Shown: positions 39,821 to 54,723, counted from the first letter of the stretch. The stretch is DNA of 64,000 bases from the human T2T-CHM13v2.0 reference genome, Homo sapiens (GCF_009914755.1 NC_060936.1); one strand, 5' to 3'. A program made the numbers and translations. Notes: generated by a model from the letters alone, not told the origin.

Positions 39821-42800
39821 ATGCAATAACTATTAGAGCAATTATTATTATGGTCATTATGATTAAAAAGTGAAATGGCTTGATCCTGGAAATGTATGAA
39901 AGCTAGGAGCCGCTGTTTCACACAATGGAACATCTTATTCACTGAAATGTTAACACCCATCTGTGATTTTACAGAAGGTGAAAAACAGTTCTGGTAAACA
40001 AAGCAGGGATTCTGACATTGAGCCTTTCAAATACATGCTTTGATATGTTTCCTGGGAATAGTAAACCTGAAAACTGTGCTTTAAAGAAAAACTTCCATCC
40101 ATGATGTAAATAAATGACTGCCCTCAACGATGAACCTCTGCATTCGTAAGTGATCATTGTTCACTGTGTCTAAGAAGGAAACCTCCTAATTGAACATGTC
40201 TTACAATCAGAACTGAACGACTGACCAGGCAATACAAAGGAAGGGACTTACTTTTCACAGAAAACTAGACTGATGGGTTCCCACCGAATAATAGAATCTG
40301 TGCCCAAGACATAATTTGGCTGTTTAGAGTCTTCATGCCTCAAACCTCCATGCCTTTCCCTGGAGGTCTGTAAAAGAGATGGGATGTTTTCACCCTTTGA
40401 GAAAACTAAAGAAAAAATTAACCTAATTTGAACATAAGAATGGAAGTAAACTGATTCCCAATGAACCACATGTCATTTTAAAATAATGCCTTTGACCAGT
40501 TTGACATGAAATACGTGACAACTCACACGTGCTTCTTTGCTAATGACAAGCACACCACCATCTACCACGTACCTAGGTCCATTCATTGCTCGCTTTTCTT
40601 TCACAGCTTTTATTTCCTTTGTGTCAAACCTCTCACTACTCAATGCTAGTCTCACTAAAGTCATTGGGAGCTTATTGTTGTTGTTTTCCCATTTAAATAA
40701 AGCATTATGAAGGGAAAACATGTTTTCAAAAAACTGAAATCATTGATATTCACATACACACATATGTGCAAAAAGCAAATGAAAAAGAATTTAATCAGAG
40801 CCATGCCGAGCCTGCTGCTAAGTGTTAGATTGGCTGACAGGAGACTATTTGTAATTTTAACTAATGCTTTTTATAAAAAAGTTTGAAAAAAGCCATTCTT
40901 TTCTAAGTTTTAGGAATGAGCAATTATACTTTTTTTTGGAAAAGTATAACAAACACACAAATCTGTTCAAAAGAAAAAACAATAGAGACATTTAAATCCT
41001 CCTTCTAGGATATATTCAAAACCTAGTTTGAGAATATTCTATTTAGTGTCTTCTACTTGAATGTATGTTTTAATGTTTCAATTTCTGAAAAAAAAGGCTG
41101 TAATATTTAAACTTTAGCCAATAGTTGAGAAATTATTTAGAAATACACTAATCCCTAGAAGTGCCAAATACATTCTACCCATTCCCAAAAAACAGTTTCA
41201 TAGAGTTTAGCAATATATTTGCAGGAAACTAGTTTTAATTGTCTGATAGGGTCTTTTTAAATTCTGAGATTTTCACATAACTATTTTTATTGGAATCAAA
41301 ATGAAATTTACCTTGATACAGAACAGACCTCAAGTACCAGTCTATTGTTTCATGGAAAAAAAAATGTTTTGAAATTCACATAATGACAGACAGAATGAGA
41401 GCTTTGGTCAAACTGGTCATGCCTGTATTAAAACATTTCACTCTTCAGGAGAATATTTACATTTTTGTACATATCTCATCTGACAATCTCACCTTGATAA
41501 AAAGTCAAATTCCCTTTAACTTAATTGTATATCCCATTTGTTTCAAATCACATTCCTAACATTTGGAACATTGAGTCATCAAGTTTGAATGTAAGGCTTT
41601 ACATTTTTGTTGTGAGCTACCTTCTCAGATAATAAGCAAACAGGAAAATATGTCAATCAAAGTCCATTTTGAAAGTGAGACCTTTAAATAACTGGCAGCC
41701 CAGGTTCTATAAACAAGCAAGAGATACAAATGGGTGACCTTTCCTAGCTTAAACTCTACAGATGGCACCTAGGAGGGATCCATGCCATAAAAAGGCTGCT
41801 GTTTATTGTATATCTTAAGAAAGATACTACATATCTTTAAAAAATAAGATAAGTAATTTCCTCAGTGTCCGTAGCCGATACCAACACACTGACTTCTGAA
41901 TGACGAATATTGACCTGGTGAGCCAATCCATCTCAGATTTCTTGGTCTGCATTCCTGATGAGATTATTGAGAATTTGGATTTTTTTTTTTTGTAATCAAC
42001 TGATTTTGCTAATATTTACTTGGCCGGACCCAACCAGTCCTTGGGTGCAAGGTATTTTCAGAAGCACACTGATTCATTTAAGCTCTAAAATGTCATTTAG
42101 GCCATTGAAGCAGTAATCTACTAGACGTCATCTGGGTCAGTGCCTCATCAAGTAAACATCCATAGTTCCTATCTCTGATTTCATTGAACTGGAGGAAGGG
42201 CAATATGTGGTCTTTACAATAAAAAGGTTTGTATTCAATCTTGTGTGAGAGTTGGAACTCAACATTTTCCAAAGGTATTTACAACTTAATTTTAAGTCCC
42301 ATTACCTCAATGGACTCAATAGATTATTTCCTCATTTTACTTAGGAGCAAATGCACAGGGCTATACTCCTGGAGCTAAGTATACGTAAAGAAGGGGCTAG
42401 ATTTTGCGAAAGGAAACTTGTCGCTTTCCTCTGGTCACAAAATAGCTAATTATTAATATTTGCTTGTGTGGGACTGTTGTCCTTGAATCTATTACATTTG
42501 TTATTCCAGAGAATGGGCTGCATGCTGGGTTCTCAAGTTTTTTCCAACAAATGTCTACAAATATGTATACTATCTTACTTGCGTAGTATCTGAGATTCAA
42601 GAAAGCAATTTTGAAAAATACATGGTCCCTGTTTCCTAAAGTGTTGTCAATTTAAGTGGAAACAATTTAACTCTAAGTGAGAGCTCTTATATGTGTACCA
42701 CTGGAGCCCAAATACTGCATTATATGCAATCTTAAGAGATTTCAGATGGAAGAGATTTTTCAGAGGAATACTTCCTGATTAGTAAAATGATGCTTAAGAT

Positions 42801-43450
42801 AACTTTTACTGTATATAGCATGACTCTATGAAAAAGAGTGTTTACATCATTCAGGTTAATTACCCCGATTATTTGCTTCAGGCTTTATACAGAATTTCTA
42901 GTTAGGTAAGCAGTCCTTGGAAGCAGATTTTCCTATCCAAATCACATTTAACCTTTATAAGAAAAGGAAAATCTTTAAATACTAAAAATTAATCTTGACT
43001 TTCTAATATCTACGCATAAAGCATAGAGTAATAGAGAATATGGAAATAACTAAAAGATGGGAATTCTGGGTTCTAATCTGCCATGAATTATGACCTTGGG
43101 CAAATCACTAGAATTCCTTGTTATCAGTTTTCAAGGGGATATTACAAAGACATTGAAGAGTTCTAAGTATCAGAAAAACCTAAATTTGAATCTCTGCCCT
43201 GTATTAGCTGAGCAAACTTGTAACAAGTTCAAAATGTATCTTTTTGCTTCCTAATTTTTACCATGAAATGAGATAACATATAAGGTTCTTTACACAACTA
43301 GCACTTTAATATTAATTTATCCTTGAGTAAATCTAAAAAAAATTTTGAAGCATTTATAAGCTCTATTCAAATGTAAGAGATTGCATTATTTACAGCCTAT
43401 GCTTAATGCTTAGAAATTAATACCAACACAAAAGAATGTTCTTAACCAAG

Positions 43451-43822
43451 TGTATTAGTCCACTCTCAAATTGCTATAAATAACTACCAGAGACTAGGTA
43501 GCTTATAAAGATAAGAAGTTTAAAGGACTCATGGTTCCACAGGTTTTACAGGAAGCATGACCAGGGAGGCTTCAGGAAATTTCCAAACATGGCAGAAGGC
43601 AAAGGGGAAGCAGGCACATCTTTACATGGTGACAAGAGAGAGATAATGAAGAAGGAGGTGCTACACAATTGTAAACAACCAGATTTCATAAGAACTTACT
43701 ATCACAAGAGCAGCAAGGAGGAAGTCCACCCCTATGATACATTCATCTCCCACCAGGCTATTCCACCAACACTGGGGTTTACAATTCGACATGCGATTTG
43801 AACAGGGACACAAATCCAAATC
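43451..43822 (-). mobile_element. MSTA/THE1D-type MaLR solo LTR
   Basis: tgtattagtccactctcaaattgctataaa...catggcagaaggcaaaggggaagcaggcac...ggacacaaatccaaa. Confidence 0.88.
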
Positions 43823-44769
43823 AAGTATTACATAATTTTATGGCTAGGAATACAGTTTCAATATCTATCACTAAGCTTAGTTATCTGTTTTTTTAATGAG
43901 ATGTTCTATGTTAATTACAAGTCATGAGTAATTCCACATTAGTTTACATATCAGACAATATAAAAATTTCACACTTTGCAATTCTCAACAAGAAATCAGC
44001 CTCAGAAAACATAAATGTCAGAATTATGTGCTCCCTTTGTAACAAGCTTTTTTAAAATTTTACTTTAATAAATGATTATCTTAAAAATAGACATGTGAAT
44101 ATAACTCTAATTGTAAATTGCAACATGCCTTGCTATGGACCATGGTTAGTGTTTGATCTTTAGAGATGACTTGCATAAGATCGTTACTATGCTTTTTGAT
44201 TGGACCTTACATAGAGAGAGATATTCTTGATATTCCTAAATAAATCACTTTTATTTTAATGTACAGAATATGTAGAATTATGCTGGGTTATAGCCAAATA
44301 TGTCAATGAGTTAGTAGCATCCAGGAAAACCTCAAGATTCCATTGTTTTTATATATTTTTGATTCGTCCTAGGGCTTATTGCTCCTAGATGCTCCAGCTC
44401 CATTCTTCTCCCCTCTAGCCATTGTATCCCACAAGAGCTCTAAAAAGCTTTCCCTCGCTAGGAGCAAATAGAAACTGCAAGGTGCAAGGACTTAGTAATA
44501 TTTAATAAATGGTTTTTTTCTCCTAAAAGAATTGAAAGAAAAATCTTGGAGAAGGAAAAACTTTCACAGTAAATGTTGACGGCATTCTAAAGCAGTTTGT
44601 GACAGCAACTGAAGTACACACCTAACTCTCCAATTGTGGGAGTTTCTGATTATGAACTCTTCAATAAATGAGAGAGTACCCTAAGTGTGTCATGTGTTTG
44701 CTTCCTATTTTATTTTAAAAAAATGTCAGGGAGGTTGTTGGATGTGACTCAGTGAGTGGCCAGAATGGA

Positions 44770-45150
44770 ACGCTACTCAAATCTCTATTGCATACCTATG
44801 AGCAAGTTTCTCTGCTAGATGCTATTAAAAAAAAAAAAAAACCCATAAAAGTGAGTAAGACAAGGACCCTATTCTCAGGGAGAGATAGACCTTATCACAG
44901 GTAACTCTTGCACCAAGTACAAAGTGGTACTCCCTAAGTGTTCTTTTAATGAATGCATTGCTGCCAGAGTTCTAATAGGAATATTAACAGCACACCAAGG
45001 GAACATAAGAGGAGTGGGACACTCATACTGGAAAATCGGGGAGGATGTGGCATTTGGACTGAGCCTTGGAGAACGAATAAAATCTTAACGGAAAGATATA
45101 GTGGAGGGAAGATGTCCATGGCAGGGATGTTGGAGGCACTGTGTCCAAAC
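44770..45150 (-). mobile_element. L2 fragment
   Basis: ctattgcatacctatgagcaag...gtaagacaaggaccctattctcaggg...catttggactgagccttggagaacgaata. Confidence 0.55.
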
Positions 45151-46859
45151 ACGTTGGTAGGCTAGTACTGCTGTTTCACTTCACAAGTTGCATGTTTCTT
45201 TCATCCACTAAAAAAAATAAAAATCTAAACACGTTGTTGTTAAAACTAATGATAATTTATCTGCTGATTTGACCAAGCCTCTCTGAGTTCCACTTTCTCA
45301 TGTGTAAACTAAGAATCCTACTCACATCATGAAAGGGTGTTTGAGCATTAAATGAGATACTACACTATGACAGAGTCTGGCACCTATGAAACTCCCGGTT
45401 TGCCATAATAGTAACAATTTCAGAAATAGCAGCTGTAGATTGCTTAAAAGATCCAATTTGCTTCCAAAAAAATAATTGTAGGAATGTCTGAACATAATCA
45501 AAGCAACTATTTTTTTCTGAATACAGCTTAGCTGTACTCCCATGGTACATTTTTTTTAGCTCTTCTGGATTTTCTGTCAAGTTGAAGGGAAGCATAATGT
45601 TTAGTTTTGTGCTCTCAAAGTCTTAAATACATGTTCTAACTTAGATCAACTGACACATATCTTAAAGATTAAAACATGTCTTCATGAGTCATGTAACATG
45701 AAGATGACTTTATGTGCTATTAACCCATATTGGAATATTTATCCATGGTGTTACATTCCAGAAAACTTTATAACATGTGAATAGCTTTTGGCTACAAATA
45801 TTTATGTTACATGTTAGAGAATGGCTAATTTTTTAAATGTATTTTTATATAAACTCATAAAGTATCTAGACTTTAGACTTGGCTGGAGTGTTCAAGTGTA
45901 AAATATAAAGCCCCAAAAGGCAAAAATTAGATTGCCAAGGCATCCCCTGATTCATTGTTTAGGATAAAATAGCACTTTCATTATTAAATGCTTGCAAACA
46001 TAAGCCATATATCAATTGTTTCAAACGCACTAAAGTAAATAGAACAAAATGGATTGTTTTGAAAACTATTACACTTATCTGTCAATCAAAAGAGTGTTTA
46101 GGTTTCAGCCTAGACATTGGAAAATACAAATAAAACATACTAGCTAAGACTGGGACATATAGATTTAAAAAAATATTAGTAGATGACCATAAGAAAAAAA
46201 ATTTATTCTTATTAAAAATACTCTGAATTTTCTGAAAGAAACTGAAATTCAGTTGGGCATTCTCAGATGTGCAAAATAAGAAAAGGGCGCATATTTTCCT
46301 ATCTTTTGGAATAATTTTTTTGTCATTTGGGGATGACATCACAGACACATTTGCATATTTAAGTGTCTGAAATTATTGTTGTCCCCATGAGTGAGAACAA
46401 TGGTGCTTACCAAGGTAAGCATTGCCCTGGAGGCTTTGGCCAAAGGACAGGAGATTACAAAACAAAATACTGGGTGAGTCATAATAAATGAAAGAAAAAG
46501 CTTATTATGTTTTTCTGAAAAATCCTTTTATTATAAAAACAAGAGGAAAATCTTAAAGTTGGAACTACCTCAGAAAAGAAAATCATATAAGTTAAAATTT
46601 GGCTTTTAAAACAAGATTGGTTTGGATAACTGTAAAGTCCACGAACACACACAAATATTTCTGTGCATTAATATAAAAGCAATCTCTCTTTACTTACCGT
46701 AATGACTAGTAGAATTTCTTTCTTTTTCTGAATTACTTTACAATTAAAGGTGAGGAAAGTGTGGCTCCTCTCCACCGCCGTTGCTATTCATATTGAGTAA
46801 CTCTGGAAGGATTACAGAATTATGATACTATCAATTAAATTTTAATAGCAAATGTCATC

Positions 46860-47030
46860 CTTATAGCATTTTACAAAGCGGTTGCCTCTATATTATATCA
46901 TTTAGTCTCAGAAACTCTGTGGAATAGTTTGGGTGGGTTCCTAATTTACAAATGAGAGACCAGCCATTTGGAAAGTGATTTATCCAGGGTCACATGTGGT
47001 ATAGCTGGTAGCTGAATTCAGGACTCTGTC
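46860..47030 (-). mobile_element. MIR fragment
   Basis: tcatttagtctcagaaactctgtgg...tttacaaatgagagac...gtgatttatccagggtcaca. Confidence 0.6.
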
Positions 47031-47394
47031 CGCAGATTCATCTTCATCTAAGCTTCCAGTGAGCTTCCATATAAAGTATAAATTCCCTCCCCCTCATATA
47101 TACAACACAACTTTTGAAGGTTTGTAAAAACTATTTAGAATATATGGATTATAATTAAAAATTCCTTTTCCCTTTTAGCAAAAATCATTTTCTCTTTTCA
47201 CATTTATTAAACTTCCAGGGTACCCCAAGAATTGTTGTCCAAGGTGGTTCTCTGTGGGACATTTATGGAGAAGTAGTCTAATCGAACTAATTTTACATCT
47301 TCAGTCTGTTATCATTGAAATACCAAGCAGTAAGATTGATATAAATCCCCATATTGAAGTCAGGAGAGCAGATGCTCTAAAGCTGTTTTGTAAG

Positions 47395-47535
47395 CTACAG
47401 TAGCCACTAATCATGTGTGATTACATTTAAATTCATTTTAATACATTAAGTGAAATAAAAATGGCAGTTCCTCAGTCACACTAACCACATTTCAAGGGTT
47501 CTATAGCCACAAGGGGCTAGTGACTATTGTACTCT
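47395..47535. mobile_element. MER3-like hAT relic
   Basis: cagtagccactaatcatgtgtg...cagttcctcagtcacactaaccacatttcaag...tagccacaaggggctagtgacta. Confidence 0.75.
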
Positions 47536-48570
47536 ATGAAGCTGAATTGTTGGGTGAGTAACATCAGAGGGGTGTGTGTGTGTCTGTGTGTCTGTGTGTG
47601 TGTGTTTGTGGCTAATAAACTATGATTTTGTTCTCCCAAACAAAACTAGAAAAATCAGCGAGTCACAAATAAACATGGGCTATTTATATGGCTTCTGTTG
47701 ATGTGGGAAGAAACACTAATCTCCCTGGGACTATCAGACAACCCTAAGATCATTTCAGTGACACACTGTTTTATTAACAGCTCTGTGTGATAGGGAGAGG
47801 GCTGAAGAGTGCATCTGTAGTTTCTGGGGATTTGTGGACAGGGAGATCTAATGGGAGGACTTAGCATTTGGAGATAGGGTAGTTGGGGGAAGGATAAGGA
47901 AAAGAGATCCCTCCCATGAGAGAAGCCCATGCAAGAAGCCAGCAGGGCCCAGGAAGCACCCAGGAAATATGTCCCATCAGCTCCTCCTCGGGATTTTCTT
48001 TAAGGAACCAGATGGCTGCCTTGGCTGGGAGAGTGAAAATAGAGGAAAAGATGAAAAACCTCAGGAGAAATAACTGAATATTGTTCTTACCAAGCCATCT
48101 ACTGCAGATGGCCAGGCATTCCTGAACTGTGAAAGTAGGTTAATCTGAAGAGGCAGTGGTTTAGGGGGCCAGGACACACTCGGCCAGAATCCTCCATCTG
48201 CTACTTCCCAAACCTTTCTAGCTTTGGTCGCATTTAACCTTTATGAGCCTCAATGCCAAACTGTACTCATTCTGCTGAAGGCTAACCATGTGACAACCAG
48301 GGTGCTTGGGTTGGGTAACAAAGATGATTACATAAAATAACAAAGAACTCACACAAATACATAATTATCACATAATTCTGTGAATGCAGTGATCGACATA
48401 CACACAAGGAAAGTATACGCCTGGTCGGGGTTGGGGACGTGGGGCTTGCAAAGCAGGAAAAGACTCTGGTGGAGAAAGTGATACCTGGGCTCAATCATTA
48501 AGGATGAGGAGCAGTTGAGAAAGGAATAAATAGTTAATGGAGAAAAGAAAGGAAAAATAAAAAAAATGGA

Positions 48571-48840
48571 GAAAAACATACACATGTCTATATCTATAGA
48601 TATCTATATCTATGCCTATAGAAAAAGATATATGTATCTATATAGATATCTGTATCTTTACCTATAGAAAAACATATACATATCTATATCTATAGATATC
48701 TATATCTATACCTATAGAAAAAGATATACATATCTATATAGATATCTATATCTTTACCTATAGAAAAACATACAGATATCTATATCTAATACCTACAGAA
48801 AAACATATACATATCTGTATCTATAGATATAGATATATAT
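48571..48840 (+). repeat. AT-rich minisatellite with alternating 50- and 46-bp units
   Basis: Units begin gaaaaa at 48571, 48621, 48667, 48717, 48763 and 48798. Confidence 0.9.
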
Positions 48841-49657
48841 ACACAGATTTATATTTTAAAAAAAAACAGATCCTTTCTCAGTATAAAAGGAGAAAGACGT
48901 ATGTAAATCAGGAAATGCCTAAACAGGTAGAGTTAAAAGGGTTAGAGAAAAGTTATTGATTGAAAAGGAAAGAAAAATAAGAAGAATGGCTAGAGACCAC
49001 TCCAAATAAATCCTTTTCCATGAAGAATATCCTTTCTTTCTTTATGTGCTGTTGTTGCCTTTGCCGTTTATGTGTATTTGCACAGACAATTTAGCAGCAG
49101 TGTTCATACAAACTTTCTCTCCTTTGTGGTCAAACAGGTTGCATCAGTGAGATAACAGACATACTTGGCAAGTAAACTTCCTCAGGGACCAGAGCCTCAG
49201 GGATCACAGCAGCAACCAACACTCCCCAACATCGGTGTCTTTCAGTGGCTTGCCTATTGGATGACCTTCTGCCAGAGCTGGAAACCCTTCTCCCATTGCT
49301 TTGACATTGAAAACTGGATAGGGTTTGGCTTCTGTCTAGCGCAGTTAATCCATATTATTGAGAAACAAGCTGTTACTGAATTTAAACACTAATCGAAACC
49401 TACACACCCATCACCCACCACTTTCTGATCCTAGATGTCTCATGAGGCTCCAGTTGTTGATGTCTAGGCATCTTTTCTTTGGAACCCCAGTGTCCCAGGG
49501 TGCTATTTAGAGAAGAACAACCTACTGTGTAGCCCCTAGAGAGGCTACCTTGTGAGTCATGAGCCCATTCACCTTAGGAACTGTCTTTCCAGAAGCATGA
49601 ACCAGAGAAGGTGCTCTCATGGAGAGCTGCACTTGTTTTATTAACAACAAAAAAACT

Positions 49658-49945
49658 GAGATGAGGATGGTTAATGGGTAAAAAAAAAAAAAGAAACAGA
49701 ATAAATGTGAGCTACTATTTGATAGCACAATAGGGTGATTCTAGCCAATAATAACTTAATTGTAAATTTTAAAATAACTTAAAGAGTGTAATTGGATTGT
49801 TTGTAACTCAAGGGATAAATGCTTGAGGGGATGGATGCCCCGTTCTCCATGATGTGCTTATCTCACATTGCATGCCTGTAACAAAGCATCTCATGTACCC
49901 CATAAATATATACACCAACTAAGTACCCACAAAATTAAAAAAAAT
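49658..49945 (+). mobile_element. L1MA2-like 3' end
   Basis: ggatggttaatgggta...gatagcacaatagggtga...gcttgaggggatggatgccccgttctccatgatgtg...gtacccacaaaattaaaa. Confidence 0.88.
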
Positions 49946-50074
49946 TTAACACTGAAAAACATTAATTTGTTTTAGTGACACCATTCACTATTGGCATCTT
50001 AGACGCTTCAACAACAGTTAAGTTAAGGTTCCCTAAGGCTGTTACCAGGTTTGTGGATTAAAAAGAAGATATTC

Positions 50075-50505
<431 letters not shown>

Positions 50506-50557
50506 TCAACATTATATACACATTTTGGGGGGCAGGGGTGTGGGACATGGACCTGTA

Positions 50558-50765
50558 GGAGATGTCAGCAGACTTTTACCTTTGGGCCAAATCTAGCCTG
50601 TCACCTGTTTTTATAAATAAAGTTGTATTGCAACACAGCCATATTCATTTGTTTACATATGGTCTATGGCTGCCATCTTGCTGGCATTGAACACTTGCAA
50701 CAGAAACTATGTGGCCCACAAAGCCTAGAATATTTATTATCTGGCCATTTACAGAAAAAGCTTGA
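50558..50765. mobile_element. MER58A (hAT-Charlie)
   Basis: gggccaaatctagcctg...aataaagttgtattgcaacacagcc...tggcccacaaagcctagaatatttattatctggccatttacagaaaaag. Confidence 0.85.
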
Positions 50766-50819
50766 TTTGATCAAAGGTAAAGCAGAGACAGACACAGGAA
50801 CTGATTTGCTCAATATTTA

Positions 50820-50930
50820 TCATCTTTTAAGTCATTTGACAAATATTTGTGAAGTACTTATGGGTGCTAGGCTCTGAGGATACAGAAGGAAATAAATCCA
50901 ATAGAGTCCTTTGCCTCGAAGAACTAAAAA
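50820..50930 (-). mobile_element. L2 3' end fragment
   Basis: catttgacaaatatttgtgaagtacttatgggtgctagg...ggatacag...gtcctttgcctc. Confidence 0.6.
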
Positions 50931-51303
50931 CTTTTTTCTAGTTTCACTGCAATTGTTCCTGCTCAACTATTTTCCTCCACAGTTATTATAAGGTACAGAC
51001 AAGTATTGTAACACAGTAATAGCCACAGGATAGGATATAATTCAGGATTTTCAGAAAAAATATAAGACATTCAATTAAATTCAGCACATATGAACTAAAT
51101 GTAAATAGCAACTATGAATAGGGCCAAATACAGTAAAATTATTCTCTCCCTGAATGATGCATCAAGAGAGGGACAAAGATAAGTGTTCAATGGACTTAGA
51201 GTGTTTTTTATTTTGTTGTCACGAAACATAGGATAAGAATGATATAGGCAATGGATGTTAAGTATCAGGACAAGACTATCCCTATTATGAGATATATGTG
51301 TCA

Positions 51304-51628
<325 letters not shown>

Positions 51629-53479
51629 CCTAGTAAACATTCAATTCTTTTTTTACTAACAATTTTTAAAGGGAGGTATGAAAAAAAGAGAGGGAAAGCC
51701 GGAAGTGGAAGGGATAAAAAGAGAATCTATTCGTAGTATCCAGGGTGAATAATTCATGAGTGTTGAGAAATGTGAGGAGAATTCCTGTGTATAAGTATGT
51801 ATCTCATGCTAAAAATGCCTGGCTTAACATATCCAGGTGCTTAGTCTTGTGATTATAAGAAAGGAGAATGGGAGAAAGAAAATTCAGTAGCAGCTGAACT
51901 TGTCTCTTGTGTGTAAAATCTGCATCCAGAGCATTCACATAAGCAGAATGGAAACCCTTTTAACAAGTCCTGCACAGCCAATCCCCAGAGACAGAGAGGC
52001 ATGTGAAAGGAGACATGGCGTTTGCTGTCTAAATAGATGAAAGCATTAGTCCTACTCATCAAACTAAATGCTTGTGTTTACAGCATCAATAGATATTTAA
52101 CTCACACAGACACTGTATAAAACAAAACACAGATAAGGAGTTTGTCGTCAGAGTTTTCTTAAAAAAAAAAAATCAAGCCTGGACTATATTAGCTAAATCT
52201 TAAGCAGTCTCTAAATTTCAAACATAAATGAAAAGTGGCTTGTTTCCAGGTCACCCATAAAAGGTTTTCATCAAATCTTCAGTTCGTCACAGCAGCGACT
52301 GCAGATTTCTCTTCCCAAGAATTTCCCAAAAAGAATTTTCTGATTTGTCACACACGTTCCCATTCATTGGTCCAGTGCCCTGGCAGAACTAGAGATTCTA
52401 AGCTTGTCAGGAAAAGGGTTTCATAATTCATCATGCATACTACTCTGTTGGCTCCAAGAGCAGTGGCCTGATCCAAGTGCATGCTCTTGGACACTCATGG
52501 TTGACTAAAGAGACCAGGTTTTTGATAAACTAATGTAGGACAAAGGAAAAGAGCCAGATAACACAGGCCCTGTAGCTGAGATGAAAGAGAGAGAAAGAGA
52601 GAGAAAGGGAGTGAGGCTACTAAAGGATGAGGCTATAATGAGTGGAGGACGCTCCCTTTGATGGGTGTCCCATGAAAGAAATGTGTGCTTGCACTGGTTG
52701 AGAGAGATTGCTCTTTGCAGCTAGGGAAAATTTTGCCGGAAGAGTGATGACAGGCTTGGCACAGGTAGAGAAGGGGAGGACAGGATAAGGGGAAAAGGAG
52801 AGCCTGGTGAGAGAGCAAATGTGCTAGAACAGATCATTTTGGAAAACATGGTGCCAGCCAGCCAGCACAGGAAGTTCATGTTGAGGGCCATCCTCAATGT
52901 AGGGCATCCATCTACCTTGGTGTTGGCAAAGCTCGGGGCAGGGGATAAAGAGTGATGGACATGGGTGCATGGGATCCACGTCATTCGGATGTTCTTTGAA
53001 AGTGCCAATTTGTCTATAGAGGTAAAATATTCTGAAAAGTTTCCCGTTTCCATTGTGTTCGTAATGATTTCAGCAGTAAGCCATCTGAATTCAAAATTAA
53101 GATTTACTTTGCTTGAAATGTTTCACCTTAGAAAGATGGAGCAGAATCATAAGAAAGGAATATGTTTAACCATTGTTGTTAAATCTAAGTATTCAGTCAG
53201 CCTTCTTCTCCTGCTGAATATTCAAATTGGAAAACCGCAGAGGACAAAGAGAAAAATAAATGCATTTCTGATTAGAAAATGCAAATTAATGCCTGCATTC
53301 CATCTAAGTCACTCCAATATATCCTTTTAGTTTTTTTTATTACCATCTGACTAGAAACCTTATGTAATTTTTGTATTGTTGGTAGGTAAGTGGGAGTCTC
53401 TTTGTAAGTTTACTTATTTTTAAAATTGTACTGATAATTAAAGCAATGTGAATTAAAGCTACAAAATAAGAATTTTCCT

Positions 53480-54050
53480 ATCAAAATGGTGAAGATCCAA
53501 AATACTGATCATTCCTCAGGTTGGAATAGTTGTGACAAAACAGAAACTTCATATAGTCTTGCTGCCCTTATAAATTGATATTACAGGTTAGAAGGGCAAT
53601 TTGGAAATGTATCTAGACTTTAAATCCTTTTATCCCAAGCATTTCATATCATTAGATCTACTGTATGGAGACACCTGTGCAATTGATCAAATGTATATGA
53701 ACAAGGATGCTCATTACTGAATATTTCACAGGTGCAAAGAACTGGAAATGATTAAAATATTCACCAGTAGAGAAATGGCTTACTAAGTTATGGTACATAT
53801 TTTTCAACAAAAATGCTAAACACTCCTTAAAGGATTGAGCTACATTTACATGGTGTGGCATACATCACATATCGTTTCAATACATTAGATGGGAGAAAAA
53901 AAAGAATCATCATTATAATATGTTGATGCTAATCTTATTTTAAATAATATATCAATGGATAGAATCCATGAATATTTGATAGGATTGTTTAAACAAAGGA
54001 AACATCTAGAAGGAGTCACAATAAAATATAAGCCCTGCCTACTTCTGAAA
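53480..54050 (+). mobile_element. Very old L1ME-type fragment
   Basis: gaagggcaatttgg...acaaggatgctcatt...gaactggaaatga...ccagtagagaaatggcttactaagttatggtacat. Confidence 0.6.
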
Positions 54051-54599
54051 AGTGGCAGGTTGAGTTTGGCAAAAATAGAAGCCTTTTGTTTTATTTTGTT
54101 TTTCTTCCTACTACACTGTATTTCTTCGTTTGATTTTTACAGACCTGTGTTCTTTCCTAATTCAAAAACTATCATTGTATTTACTGAGAAATTTTAGTTC
54201 ACTTTTTTTCCCCAGAAATCCTAAGATTTGCACACTTCTCTGGCCAAGTGTCATCATATCTGAAAAGCTTACCATTCAGTACTGTTTTGCCACTTTGTTT
54301 CAGTGATTGTCACTCCAGGCTCCTAAAAGTCTTTGGAATGTGTGGCACATTCTCACATCAGCTCTCCCATTCCTGCTCCTTTTCTCCACCACAGGCACCT
54401 CTACCTTTGTCCAAAGATAAGCTCTTAGGGGCTCCCACACAGAAAGCAGGGTGAAATTTCAATCCTCACTTTCAAACTCTCACCAGGACAAAAGTCTACA
54501 AATATCTCAAATAATAAAGGCTGATGATCTATCATTGTATAAGAAAAAATTTTGAATCTTAAAATAGTAGAGCTAGAAGGCTGACATTATCTAGCTGGG

Positions 54600-54723
54600 T
54601 AGTTCTCAACCCTCACAGCAAAAATAAATCATCTCAGGAGCTTTGCAAGCAGAGATACTCAGACTGTCCCCAGATTAACTAACACCAAGTTTATTTTGGA
54701 TGCACAGCAATGACTGAAAACCT
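54600..54723. mobile_element. MER5-like hAT relic
   Basis: agttctcaaccct...aatcatctcaggagcttt...tgcacagcaatgactgaaaacc. Confidence 0.5.

Noticed and set aside
48571-48840. CRISPR-like repeat array
   Set aside because: No unique spacers, no cas genes and a primate context; it is a tandem minisatellite.
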